A stretch of DNA of 64,000 nt from Candidatus Omnitrophota bacterium. Lineage in GTDB: Bacteria; Omnitrophota; Gorgyraeia; Gygaellales; Profunditerraquicolaceae. Position 1 is the stretch's first letter; the number at the start of each line of letters is the position of its first letter. The notes below the pieces were generated by a model that made no database searches, had not been told where the DNA came from, and worked only from the letters and a program-made list of their open reading frames with translations. This document shows positions 9,263 to 18,375 of the stretch, one piece after another. The stretch is taken from contig JAQURC010000003.1 in assembly GCA_028715785.1 (NCBI GenBank), positions 27,423 to 91,422 on the forward strand, given 5' to 3'. The position numbers and the translations under genes were made by a program.

Positions 9263-10975
9263 TTAAATAATTATCCTGCCCTGCCTGTTTTCCAAAAATT
9301 CTTTTTTATACATAGGATTAAAGAATATAAATAAATCATTATATTTATCGTTATATATTTCTTTGAATCCTCTTTCTTTTAACTCAATAATAACCTGATC
9401 AAATCGTTCCTTATCGCTTTCGATTAACTGGCGGTGCAGCACAACATATTTTGTCAGATACCGGCTATCCGGGCTATTTTCCCAGATATAAATATATTTT
9501 CGATGAGTAAGATGCGGGACTAGCCTGTGAACCGCAGAGACTGAGGCACCTTCGGGAATGTTTTTTAAGGCCATCCTTATTTCAGATGAATGCAACTGCT
9601 TTGCTGAATGGATAAACTTGGACAACTTATGGCCGTCGCTTTTGCCAAAGAAAAACAAAGAAAGGAATATAATTATAGCCGCAAGGCAAATTGATACCCT
9701 TTTCTCTATATCTTTAACAGGAAATTTATTCCTTATAAAATTAACCAACCTGCCTGCCCCGCATATTGCTGAAATAAAAATAAACGGCAAGACATGGGCC
9801 GGATAATGGGAAGTTATTGTTGACATACCGGGGTGGTTAATGCTCCCTATGGCCTGAAACGCAATCGGCAATAAAAATAAAACGTAGTGCTGCGGGCTTA
9901 AGAAAGACAGCATTCCCAGCGGAACAAAAAGCTTTGCATAGTATATAAGTTTATCATTAGAAAAAAATAAATTAATTAGTAACGCGGGATTTTTAATTAC
10001 AGCCAAAATATTTTCAGTGTAGGTTGCCCCAAAAGGAAGCCATTTTAAATACGGGTAAACCTTGGTATTGGCAAAATGCGGCATCACGAAATTAGTAACA
10101 AACGCCCACCACGCTATTGCCAAAACCAAAAGAGCTAATCCAAAACGGTAACGTTTAAGACAGATGAATGAAAAAATCCCGTAAGCAAAAACTAATACCG
10201 CCGCGCTCTCTTTGCAACATAGCATTAAAAATATGGCAATAACTGACCAAAAAGTCCGCTTGGTTATAAGCAAATAATAACTAATAAATGCCAGCGGGAT
10301 TAAAAAAACGTCGGTATGGAAATCCAATAATCCTGCGCCCCTTAACGGACGCGAGAGAAAATAGGCGAGAATAAAAGTAAAGACCAGGAACCTGCTTTTT
10401 AACCTCTCCTTTGCGATCAGGTAAAGCGGAAAAACTGCCAATCCCACGGCAAAGGCCTGGAGAAATATCAATATTATAATATTCGGCCAAATAAAGTATA
10501 AAGGCGCGATCAGGAATAAAACCGGCTCAAAATGGGCGCCCAGATGATTGATATTGCCGTCAATTGAGGAAAAAAAGAGCCTCCCTTTTACAGTATTCCA
10601 AATGGCCTGGTCTGTAACCCCCATATCTATCCCCGCGGATGAAAAAGCAAAATGCCGCATTATCCCGATATACAGAAAAATAAAGGCCAAAACCAGGGAT
10701 AAAAACCAAAGGATCTTAACATCTCCGAGCTTAGATATGTATTTCAATGATTTTACAAGCAAAGAGTTATCAAATGAAGCTTTGTCCAGATACCAGCGCG
10801 CGCCTAACAAGAAAATAAAAATTACACTGTGGACCGAAAGATTGGATATCCCCTCTTTGAAAATAAAAACGAAATCGGTTATAAAAAAACTAAGGAGAAA
10901 AACGAAATAGGCCAATAAAAATTGGTCAAGTAAATTGGTTAATATCTTCTTAAATTTATTCATGATGGCGGTCAA
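9263..10975 (-). CDS. Integral membrane protein (DUF2079/GT-C-like), function unknown
   Basis: 570 aa, more than 10 predicted TM helices, within the glycan cluster. Confidence 0.35.
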   Translation of the reverse strand: MTAIMNKFKKILTNLLDQFLLAYFVFLLSFFITDFVFIFKEGISNLSVHSVIFIFLLGARWYLDKASFDNSLLVKSLKYISKLGDVKILWFLSLVLAFIFLYIGIMRHFAFSSAGIDMGVTDQAIWNTVKGRLFFSSIDGNINHLGAHFEPVLFLIAPLYFIWPNIIILIFLQAFAVGLAVFPLYLIAKERLKSRFLVFTFILAYFLSRPLRGAGLLDFHTDVFLIPLAFISYYLLITKRTFWSVIAIFLMLCCKESAAVLVFAYGIFSFICLKRYRFGLALLVLAIAWWAFVTNFVMPHFANTKVYPYLKWLPFGATYTENILAVIKNPALLINLFFSNDKLIYYAKLFVPLGMLSFLSPQHYVLFLLPIAFQAIGSINHPGMSTITSHYPAHVLPFIFISAICGAGRLVNFIRNKFPVKDIEKRVSICLAAIIIFLSLFFFGKSDGHKLSKFIHSAKQLHSSEIRMALKNIPEGASVSAVHRLVPHLTHRKYIYIWENSPDSRYLTKYVVLHRQLIESDKERFDQVIIELKERGFKEIYNDKYNDLFIFFNPMYKKEFLENRQGRIII

Positions 10976-11480
10976 ACTCGCTTTTTTTACCTAAAACAAC
11001 CAGCTTCATCAGGACTATTGCCTTGGAAATAAACAGCATAACCGGGCTGCCTACATAATATCTCCCGTTGCGCAGGACAATCTGGCTGTTATTCATCAAA
11101 CGGTTAATCCTTATATTAATTATCTCTTGCGCATTATACCTCTTAAGTATATCCCCCTTAGTTAAGCCGGCAGGCGCCTCGCCGAGTTCTCTTAGCAGGC
11201 GAATGCGCCGGGCGGTTTCCCCCATATTTATGAAATTGAAATAACAATAGGAAAGACAGAAATAAATAATTAAATTTACGAAAATTAAAAACAACCAATC
11301 TGCCTCCGGCGCCTGATACGCGAGAATTTCGCAAAGTATTAAAACTATTGATCCACATAAAAAACCGAAATATTCGGATTTCAACAGCTTCTTACCAAGT
11401 AAGTATTTATACAAAAATATTTGCGCGGTTACGTTGCTAAAAATTCCTATAACAGGAATGAGGATATTAAAATAATCCAT
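10956..11480 (-). CDS. Small membrane-anchored protein with a C-terminal wHTH-like soluble domain (paralog 1)
   Basis: About 100 aa of TM helices, then ETARRIRLLRELGEAPAGLTKGDILKRYN...IVLRNGRYYVG. Confidence 0.3.
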   Translation of the reverse strand: MDYFNILIPVIGIFSNVTAQIFLYKYLLGKKLLKSEYFGFLCGSIVLILCEILAYQAPEADWLFLIFVNLIIYFCLSYCYFNFINMGETARRIRLLRELGEAPAGLTKGDILKRYNAQEIINIRINRLMNNSQIVLRNGRYYVGSPVMLFISKAIVLMKLVVLGKKSEFDRHHE

Positions 11481-11486
11481 TTCTAA

Positions 11487-11978
11487 TCAGCCCCCCTTGC
11501 CTAATCCCAGGAAATTACGAAAAACTACAAAAGGCAGCACAAAAAGCCTGCCTTTCTCATTAATTCTATATGTCGAACCGCTTAAATCCACCAACCCGGA
11601 CTCCACTAAGTCTTTAAGCCGGGGCTCAATTAATAAATCACTACCCAGAGATTCTCTTATGCGTTCAAAAAGCAACCCTTCTTTACCGGCCCGGGCAATC
11701 CGCGATACAATAACTAAAGAAGGGCTATCGGCCTCGATAGCCGAATAAGTGATCAAATAACAGATGGACAGGGAAAAAAATAACAAAACAATATGCAGAT
11801 ACTGAGGAACTGTATAAAAAGTATATGAAACCAAGAAGATAATGCCAGAAAGGAGGACCGCGCCAAAGAGTAAGATGAGGGTTTTAATCGGATTCCCGGG
11901 ATAGTGCAATCTCCAAACAACCAGATGCAGCAATAAAGCAATAGTAAATAATAAACTCCCTGAAATTAAGACGCTCAT
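11487..11978 (-). CDS. Small membrane-anchored protein with a C-terminal wHTH-like soluble domain (paralog 2)
   Basis: Same architecture as the neighbouring gene: TM N-terminus, then VSRIARAGKEGLLFERIRESLGSDLL...STYRINEKGRLFV. Confidence 0.3.
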   Translation of the reverse strand: MSVLISGSLLFTIALLLHLVVWRLHYPGNPIKTLILLFGAVLLSGIIFLVSYTFYTVPQYLHIVLLFFSLSICYLITYSAIEADSPSLVIVSRIARAGKEGLLFERIRESLGSDLLIEPRLKDLVESGLVDLSGSTYRINEKGRLFVLPFVVFRNFLGLGKGG

Positions 11979-12751
11979 GTACAGGTTTTCTGCTTTCTTG
12001 CTGCCGTAGATGAGTCTGCGGAAAATACTTCATTAGCTTTCAGGCTTTTTGTAAAATAAAAATCCCTGAGCAATCTTAAGTAGCCTTTGGCTACTTTAAA
12101 TAATGAGGGGAATGAAACGGCTTTAGAAATTCCATCCTTACGTAAACCCAGCCTGTAAGGGACCTCGGCAAAAAGATAGCCTTTTTTAACGGTCCTCACA
12201 AGTATATCGGTCTGAAAAAAGAAACCTGTGCTTCTGAAATCAAGCTCTTTAAGCATAGATCTCCTGTAAAGGACTGTGCCGTTGGTATAGTTAAAATTAA
12301 CTAAAAATGTGCTGTTGATAATAAAACGGTAAACAAAAGACAAAATATTCCTGAAGATTGATCTTACCTCCTTATTAAACACAAATGGAATAACAATATC
12401 TACCTGCTCAAGCAGCCTGAAATACCTGAATATTTCCCAGGGATCATTCTCGTTATCCCCGGGCAGGAGCACAATTGAAGCACCATAAGCGTTATCTACC
12501 CCATCCCAAAAAGAAGCCCCTATCCCCTGCGGTTTACTGTGGTTAAGGATGCGCACCCTTTTATCGGACTGCAAAAAATCCTCTACAATCCCCCTTGTCC
12601 TATCCTTGCTGCCGTCGTTAATCACGATTATTTCACCGCTAATACCGCATTCCTCAAATGCATTTAAAGCGTTCTTTATCGCCAAGAGTATATTCTTTTC
12701 TTCGTTCAATGCCGGCATTATTACTGAAACATCTAAAACTTTTTCGACCAT
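11975..12751 (-). CDS. Glycosyltransferase family 2 (DPM1-like)
   Basis: VSVIMPALNEEKNI...IIVINDGSKDRT. Confidence 0.8.
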   Translation of the reverse strand: MVEKVLDVSVIMPALNEEKNILLAIKNALNAFEECGISGEIIVINDGSKDRTRGIVEDFLQSDKRVRILNHSKPQGIGASFWDGVDNAYGASIVLLPGDNENDPWEIFRYFRLLEQVDIVIPFVFNKEVRSIFRNILSFVYRFIINSTFLVNFNYTNGTVLYRRSMLKELDFRSTGFFFQTDILVRTVKKGYLFAEVPYRLGLRKDGISKAVSFPSLFKVAKGYLRLLRDFYFTKSLKANEVFSADSSTAARKQKTCT

Positions 12752-12767
12752 ATAAACCTACCTTAAG

Positions 12768-13931
12768 CTATATGAAATTAACATGAGGAGGTATTTCTTG
12801 ACGCGCCTGTGGAAGCCCCGGTTCTTCTTTTTTCAGCTTCCATAAGAACTCATTGACTTTATGCTGAAGACATAAAGAACCGCACATTTTCCGGGCATCA
12901 AAATTCTCAGAAGCTAAAAGATTGATCACCTCCCAATACCTGTCGCTCTTCCATATTTCCTTAAAAGGCTTCTCGCAGATATTGCCGATATGGTATTTCT
13001 TATATTTTGAGTTAAACAACATGCCGCACGGGGCGACTAGGCCTGAACCGGAAAATTGCATTATAAAGGGCGGGCCGTAACAACGGCTATAAACCCTCTT
13101 GCCGCCGCTGAGTATTTTTGACCATTTTGCCTTTACCAGGTAATTTCCGCAGGAAAGGGATTCCGCTTGTTTAAGTAATTCAACCAGGTCAAAATACTTT
13201 GAATAATTCACCCCCAATTTCCCCTCTTCGTCATCGCTGCAGTGTTTTATAACCGTATAATCAACCCCCAGTTCTTTTCCCAGGCGCGCCAGCGGAATAA
13301 TCTGGTCCGCAAAATGCGGCAAGAGTACCATTTGTAAACCCAAGGTAACTGGTAATTTTTTCTCATTCTTAATCTGCACGGTTTTCTTAATAGTATTAAT
13401 GACTTTTAAGAAATTACTCTCTTTGCATCCCATAATCTCAGCGTATCTTTTAGGTTCGGCAGCCGAAATATTAAACCTGAGATAAGTCAAGGCCGGAAGT
13501 ATTTCTTCAAGCCGCTCATCTTTTAAGAGAAAACCATTTGTCCCTAAAGCCATATCCAAGCCGTTAGATCTGCCTCTCAAGATGGCATCGTATAAATACG
13601 GGGAACAGGTGCTCTCTCCATCGCTAACGAAACTTATCGCTTTCACGCCGATTTGGGCGGCATCATCAAGAAACCTTAAGATCACCTCTTTGGTCATTTT
13701 CTTCTCGTCATTAGCCTGAAGCTGGCCGTAACAGTATACGCATTTATAAGAGCACCTTCTGGTCAATGCGCAATCAATGGTAATCGGGGCTATTCTTTCC
13801 CCGGCCAGCCAGGCTTCCACCCTATCCCTGTGCCAATTCAACTTATGCCCGTCTAATATTAACTCGTTCATTTTATCCTTTATGATTTCTGCCATAGTAA
13901 TATCAAACCCTGATATAACCCGCTCGGTCAT
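12768..13931 (-). CDS. Radical SAM enzyme with C-terminal SPASM/twitch-like Cys cluster
   Basis: CSYKCVYC (CxxxCxxC) near the N-terminus. Cys-rich C-terminus (CGNYL...CYGPPF...CGMLF...CGSLC). Paralog of the rSAM at 15210..16277; both end in HVNFI. Confidence 0.8.
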   Translation of the reverse strand: MTERVISGFDITMAEIIKDKMNELILDGHKLNWHRDRVEAWLAGERIAPITIDCALTRRCSYKCVYCYGQLQANDEKKMTKEVILRFLDDAAQIGVKAISFVSDGESTCSPYLYDAILRGRSNGLDMALGTNGFLLKDERLEEILPALTYLRFNISAAEPKRYAEIMGCKESNFLKVINTIKKTVQIKNEKKLPVTLGLQMVLLPHFADQIIPLARLGKELGVDYTVIKHCSDDEEGKLGVNYSKYFDLVELLKQAESLSCGNYLVKAKWSKILSGGKRVYSRCYGPPFIMQFSGSGLVAPCGMLFNSKYKKYHIGNICEKPFKEIWKSDRYWEVINLLASENFDARKMCGSLCLQHKVNEFLWKLKKEEPGLPQARQEIPPHVNFI

Positions 13932-14394
13932 CGCTTATCCACTCTGCGACCAGCTTGTGAAAAGTCTTCCTGGCTGCGTAAGGGTCATAGGTTCTTAAAT
14001 GAATCAGCTTCATTAAAGCAAGATCATCACCTCCGCAGCAATGCGAAGGCCCAAGAAATTTAAAATAATCATTAACTCCGGTAGAAATGAACTTTACATT
14101 AATTTTTTGTAAAACTACATCATTACGTATTTGCTCTAAAGCCCGGTAAACAAGAAAGTTTACTATCGAATATACTATAGGTATTAAACCGCTCATGCTC
14201 ATTCCCGCAGCTATCCCTACTGTCCCCTGTTCCATAATTCCGCAATTAATAATTCTCTTGGGAAACTCGCTTTTTAATTTGTCGATTGCGCCAAATCCCA
14301 TATCGCAGACAAGAAGATAATAACGTTTATCTTTGCGAAAATACGGCAACAATAAATCTAGAACCTCTTTGCGATAATTACAAACGGCAGGCAT
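13903..14394 (-). CDS. Transketolase C-terminal-section subunit, pyrimidine-binding domain only (truncated, lacks the Transketolase_C domain)
   Basis: LLVCDMGFGAIDK...CGIMEQGTVGIAAGMSMSGLIPIV matches Transket_pyr. 163 aa versus about 310 aa for a typical subunit. Confidence 0.7.
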   Translation of the reverse strand: MPAVCNYRKEVLDLLLPYFRKDKRYYLLVCDMGFGAIDKLKSEFPKRIINCGIMEQGTVGIAAGMSMSGLIPIVYSIVNFLVYRALEQIRNDVVLQKINVKFISTGVNDYFKFLGPSHCCGGDDLALMKLIHLRTYDPYAARKTFHKLVAEWISDDRAGYIRV

Positions 14395-15208
14395 AGGTCC
14401 TCCCTAATTTCAGCTCTTCGGGCGTCGGCGTGCGGAAATGAAACTTTGGTATATTCTCCATGCACTTAAGCCCGAATCCTTTTATTGTCTCGGCAATAAT
14501 TACACGAGGCACTTTTAAAGAAGTTTTAACTACGGGCCTTATAAACCGGGCAAGCTTAGCGGCATCATGGCCGTTACAAACAACGGGCGCCAGCCCAAAA
14601 CCTTTTAGTTTCTTAAGCTTATCCTTAACATCCCTGTCAAGGACATTAATAATAAAATCCATCGCCTGCAAACGATTGTTATCAATAATAATGGTGAGGT
14701 TGCTGACCTCATGCTTAACCGCGAATTGGATCGCCTCCCAAGTTGTGCCTTCCTGCATCTCCCCATCCCCTATAACGCAAAAGGTATGGAAAATTTTCTT
14801 TTGTAATTTCGCGCCGAATGCCTCTCCTACCGCGATAGGTAAACCATGCCCCAAAGAACCGCATCCTGCCTCAAAACCATAATCCAAACGGTAGTCCATG
14901 CATCCCAAAAGAGTGCTGCCGGGAGCGTAAAAACGCTTCCATTCTTTTTTAAGCAATACCTCTTTATCGGCAAGGATCGCATAAAGGGCGTAACAACCGT
15001 GCGCCTTAGAGAAAATAAACCTGTCTCTCTTATCCCAGCGGGGATTAACCGGATGATAACGCATAACACTATAATAAAGTGCAACAAGGATATCTACGCA
15101 GGAAAGCGACGGGGCAATATGCCCTGCGCCATTTTTAACAGCCACCTCGATTACTTCGTGGCGGATTTGATCGGCTTTTCTTTGCAACGCTTTTCCTGTA
15201 AGATACAT
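14378..15208 (-). CDS. Transketolase N-terminal (TPP-binding) subunit
   Basis: GHIAPSLSCVDILVALYY...DRFIFSKAHG...GSLGHGLPIAVG...VIGDGEMQEG matches TPP-binding transketolase motifs. Confidence 0.8.
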   Translation of the reverse strand: MYLTGKALQRKADQIRHEVIEVAVKNGAGHIAPSLSCVDILVALYYSVMRYHPVNPRWDKRDRFIFSKAHGCYALYAILADKEVLLKKEWKRFYAPGSTLLGCMDYRLDYGFEAGCGSLGHGLPIAVGEAFGAKLQKKIFHTFCVIGDGEMQEGTTWEAIQFAVKHEVSNLTIIIDNNRLQAMDFIINVLDRDVKDKLKKLKGFGLAPVVCNGHDAAKLARFIRPVVKTSLKVPRVIIAETIKGFGLKCMENIPKFHFRTPTPEELKLGRTYACRL

Positions 15209-15209
15209 A

Positions 15210-16277
15210 TTAGATAAAATTAACGTGCGCCGAAGGATGAGTCAGATCCCAAAGATACCTGTTAACCTCATCCATCCTGCAATTCACCCTGCATTTGGCG
15301 GTATTTAACCCCTTTGCCGCCCAACGCACGAGATTATCGCGTTTCTTGCTTTCCCAAATTTCCTTGAAGCTGTTTTTGTAAATATTCCCCAGGCAAAACT
15401 TATTTTTGGTTAAATACATACTGCACGCCCAGACATTCCCTCCGGCGTCAATATACGCCCAGAAAGGAAGCGCCAAACAGTGCTTATAATTACGCTCCGC
15501 CTTATCCCACTTCTGCATTGTGTGTACCCGGAATACGACATTAAAATTTTCACTATTGATCTTATTTAGCTTAGAAGCTAAATCAAAGTACTTATTGTAT
15601 TTAATATCTTTAAATTTGTCGGTCTTGCTTAATGGATGCTGCGAATAGGGTTTCACTACCAGGTAATCCATTCCAATAGACTTAGCCTGCTTAGCTAATA
15701 ATTCTATTTCGCTGTAATTATCCGGCAAAAGGATGGCTTGCATGCCCAGGGTGCAAGGGTATCCCTTTTTCCTGCGTAATTTGGCGGCATACGCCATATT
15801 CTTTATAACTTTATGGAAATCCTCCGGCTTGGTCCTATGAATTTTTGCGTAAGTAACAGGCCTGGCGGCATTAATACTTACCTTAACCCAGGTTAAATAT
15901 GGCAGAGTTGCGGTAGAAATCTTTTCGCTGAACAAAACGGCATTTGAGGTTACAGCAACATCAATACCGGATTTCTTGGTAGTGGCAATTATATCCGCGA
16001 TATCCTTATGCAAAAATGGTTCTCCCTCTCCGGCGTACATAATACTTTTCACCCCAAGCTTACCCATTTCCCTTAACCTTTGCTTAAAAATACTCGTATC
16101 CAGAAACCTGGGCTGATATTCCATAAAATCCAGAGCGCAATATACACAACGGTGGTTACAGGAACCGGCAGGTGATATCTCCATATAAACAGGATAAATA
16201 GGCTTGCCCTTAATCCAATCACCGACCCTTTCAACATGATACATTAGCTTGTGGCTGTCTATTTTATACTTATCCAT
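15210..16277 (-). CDS. Radical SAM enzyme with C-terminal SPASM/twitch-like Cys cluster (paralog)
   Basis: CNHRCVYC CxxxCxxC motif. C-terminal Cys cluster. Ends in HVNFI like the 12768..13931 protein. Confidence 0.8.
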   Translation of the reverse strand: MDKYKIDSHKLMYHVERVGDWIKGKPIYPVYMEISPAGSCNHRCVYCALDFMEYQPRFLDTSIFKQRLREMGKLGVKSIMYAGEGEPFLHKDIADIIATTKKSGIDVAVTSNAVLFSEKISTATLPYLTWVKVSINAARPVTYAKIHRTKPEDFHKVIKNMAYAAKLRRKKGYPCTLGMQAILLPDNYSEIELLAKQAKSIGMDYLVVKPYSQHPLSKTDKFKDIKYNKYFDLASKLNKINSENFNVVFRVHTMQKWDKAERNYKHCLALPFWAYIDAGGNVWACSMYLTKNKFCLGNIYKNSFKEIWESKKRDNLVRWAAKGLNTAKCRVNCRMDEVNRYLWDLTHPSAHVNFI

Positions 16278-16282
16278 TTCGT

Positions 16283-16843
16283 TTATCTTTTATAAAGGAT
16301 ATCCACTAATGCGTGGCAAATCGCCAGGTGGGCAATTTCAACAGCTCCGTAAGATGAAGAAGGCGCGTAGAAATTTACATCCCCCATGCTTCTCAAAGGA
16401 TTCCGGTTGGAAAAACCAGAGAGGCCTATAACAAAACAGCCTTTCTTTTTGGCGCTGGATGCCGCGTTTAAAATATTTTTTGATTTTCCCGAACTGCTTA
16501 TGGCAAAAAGGATATCCCCTTTTTTAGCAAGGACATCTATGGGCACAGAAAAAACACGCTCATAGCCCAAATCATTGCTCAGGCAGGTAAGCAAACTGCT
16601 ATCGTTAAATGCCAGGGAGGGAATTCTTAAATTCTTAAGGAAATCCGTGGCGATATGGCTGGCGATCGAAGCGCTCCCGCCATTACCGATAAAGATTATC
16701 TTTTTCCTCTTTTTGCTTTGCCGGGATATAAGTTTGATGACCTGAAAAATAGCCTTATGAAAATCGAGCGCCCTACGGCTAGAATCCGTCGTTTCTATAT
16801 TTGATAATAAATTGGTTAATTCCAAAAACTGGTTATTTTTCAT
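16283..16843 (-). CDS. gmhA: D-sedoheptulose-7-phosphate isomerase (phosphoheptose isomerase, SIS domain)
   Basis: IIFIGNGGSASIASHIATDF...AISSSGKSKNIL SIS/GmhA motifs. 186 aa. Confidence 0.8.
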   Translation of the reverse strand: MKNNQFLELTNLLSNIETTDSSRRALDFHKAIFQVIKLISRQSKKRKKIIFIGNGGSASIASHIATDFLKNLRIPSLAFNDSSLLTCLSNDLGYERVFSVPIDVLAKKGDILFAISSSGKSKNILNAASSAKKKGCFVIGLSGFSNRNPLRSMGDVNFYAPSSSYGAVEIAHLAICHALVDILYKR

Positions 16844-18375
16844 TTTAAAAGAGTAGTGATGTATTTAAATAAAGGCACCGGTTCAACCGGAGAACGGTTG
16901 CCCACGATTAGCACTTTAATCGCCCCCACCGCATTACCGATAAAACCTACTGTCTCCATGGGGTTCTTTTTGCATACGCATGGCGCAGCAACCGAGAAAA
17001 ACGCGTCCCCCGCCCCTATCCTGTCGACCACATCCTTGGAGAAAACCGGGATCTGGTTAAAACCATCTTTGGCAGAATAAACCAGGGAACCTTTATGCCC
17101 CCTGGTAATAATTATCTTATCGCAGTTAATTTTCTTGCTCACGTCCGTAATTAAGTGCTCGATGTTGGAAATTTTATCATGGCAGGCAAGCCTTAGCTCC
17201 GGCTCGTCAATACAGATAAAATCCGCGCGGTGAAGCTTCGTAATAAGATTGTAGCCAAGATTAGCGCTGTTGGTCTGCACATTTACCGCCAGAAATTTTG
17301 CTTCTTCGCTAAGCAGTTTAATAATTTTAGGAGTAATCATTCCATGCCCAAAATCCGTGACTAAAACAAGGTCAAAATGCTTAAGTGAACCCTGCAAATA
17401 ATCGATAATTTCACTTTCTATGTCTTTGGGCATAATAGAGATATCATCAAGATAGCAGACTTCAAAAAGTTTTGTCAAAAATGCTGGATCCACAAATCTG
17501 CGCTTAACTACTGTTGGAACATCATCGCGATAGTAAAAATTTTGTTTTATGTTAGATTTAAGGTGGCTGGCAACAAAATCTCCGTAATTATTCTTTCGGC
17601 CTACGCAGCTAAGCAGAGTAACATCCTTACAAAAACCCGCGATATGATTAGCCGCTGCCAATACTCCTCCGGCAAAAACCTCCGCATTGGAGAATTTGGT
17701 AGCGATAATATTGTCCTTGGCTGACTTTCCCATCCCCGAACAATAATGGTACTCATCAATAATAATGTCACCGATAACCAAGACCTTTAAATTTTCCAGG
17801 GCTTTGAGCCGGCTGATGATATCGGCGGCGGAATATTTCTTTTTAAAAACATGGAAGAATTCCTTGGCCTCCTGAGGATATGGAGAAAGAAAGGTATTGA
17901 TCAGAGAGGTAGAGCTAAAAGATACTTCATCAGTAAAATGGATCAAGCCCCCTATTGACTTAACCGCCTCCTCTTCTTCATAGATCTTCCCGGTAAGGTC
18001 ATTGGAACGGTCAGCGTAATCGCTGCCTTTAACATAAAAATGCGGCTTAAGTATCTTAATTGTCTCAATCGCAGTCGGCCAATCATTGATCGCCACATAA
18101 TCCACGCATTCTAAAGCCGCGATACTATCGGCGCGCAAATGATGGTTAAAAACAGGCCGGCCCGGGCCTTTATTGACATACTCATCTTTTGTTAAAGTAA
18201 CCACAAGCACATCCCCTTTTTTCTTGGCTGCCTGAAAATGTTTCAGGTGCCCGGGATGCAAAAGGTCGAAGCAGCCGTGGCAATGCGCTATTTTCTTACC
18301 GTTTTTTCTTAAATCTTCAAGAATAAAGGCGAGCTCTTTTATTGTTTTTATTTTGGTTTGAGGATCTCTTTTCAT
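16840..18375 (-). CDS. hldE: Bifunctional heptose 1-phosphate adenylyltransferase (N-terminal) / heptose 7-phosphate kinase (C-terminal); HldE-like but with domain order inverted relative to canonical HldE
   Basis: N-terminal CHGCFDLLHPGH cytidylyltransferase-fold motif as in RfaE domain II. C-terminal PfkB kinase with GAGDAF. Confidence 0.75.
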   Translation of the reverse strand: MKRDPQTKIKTIKELAFILEDLRKNGKKIAHCHGCFDLLHPGHLKHFQAAKKKGDVLVVTLTKDEYVNKGPGRPVFNHHLRADSIAALECVDYVAINDWPTAIETIKILKPHFYVKGSDYADRSNDLTGKIYEEEEAVKSIGGLIHFTDEVSFSSTSLINTFLSPYPQEAKEFFHVFKKKYSAADIISRLKALENLKVLVIGDIIIDEYHYCSGMGKSAKDNIIATKFSNAEVFAGGVLAAANHIAGFCKDVTLLSCVGRKNNYGDFVASHLKSNIKQNFYYRDDVPTVVKRRFVDPAFLTKLFEVCYLDDISIMPKDIESEIIDYLQGSLKHFDLVLVTDFGHGMITPKIIKLLSEEAKFLAVNVQTNSANLGYNLITKLHRADFICIDEPELRLACHDKISNIEHLITDVSKKINCDKIIITRGHKGSLVYSAKDGFNQIPVFSKDVVDRIGAGDAFFSVAAPCVCKKNPMETVGFIGNAVGAIKVLIVGNRSPVEPVPLFKYITTLLK

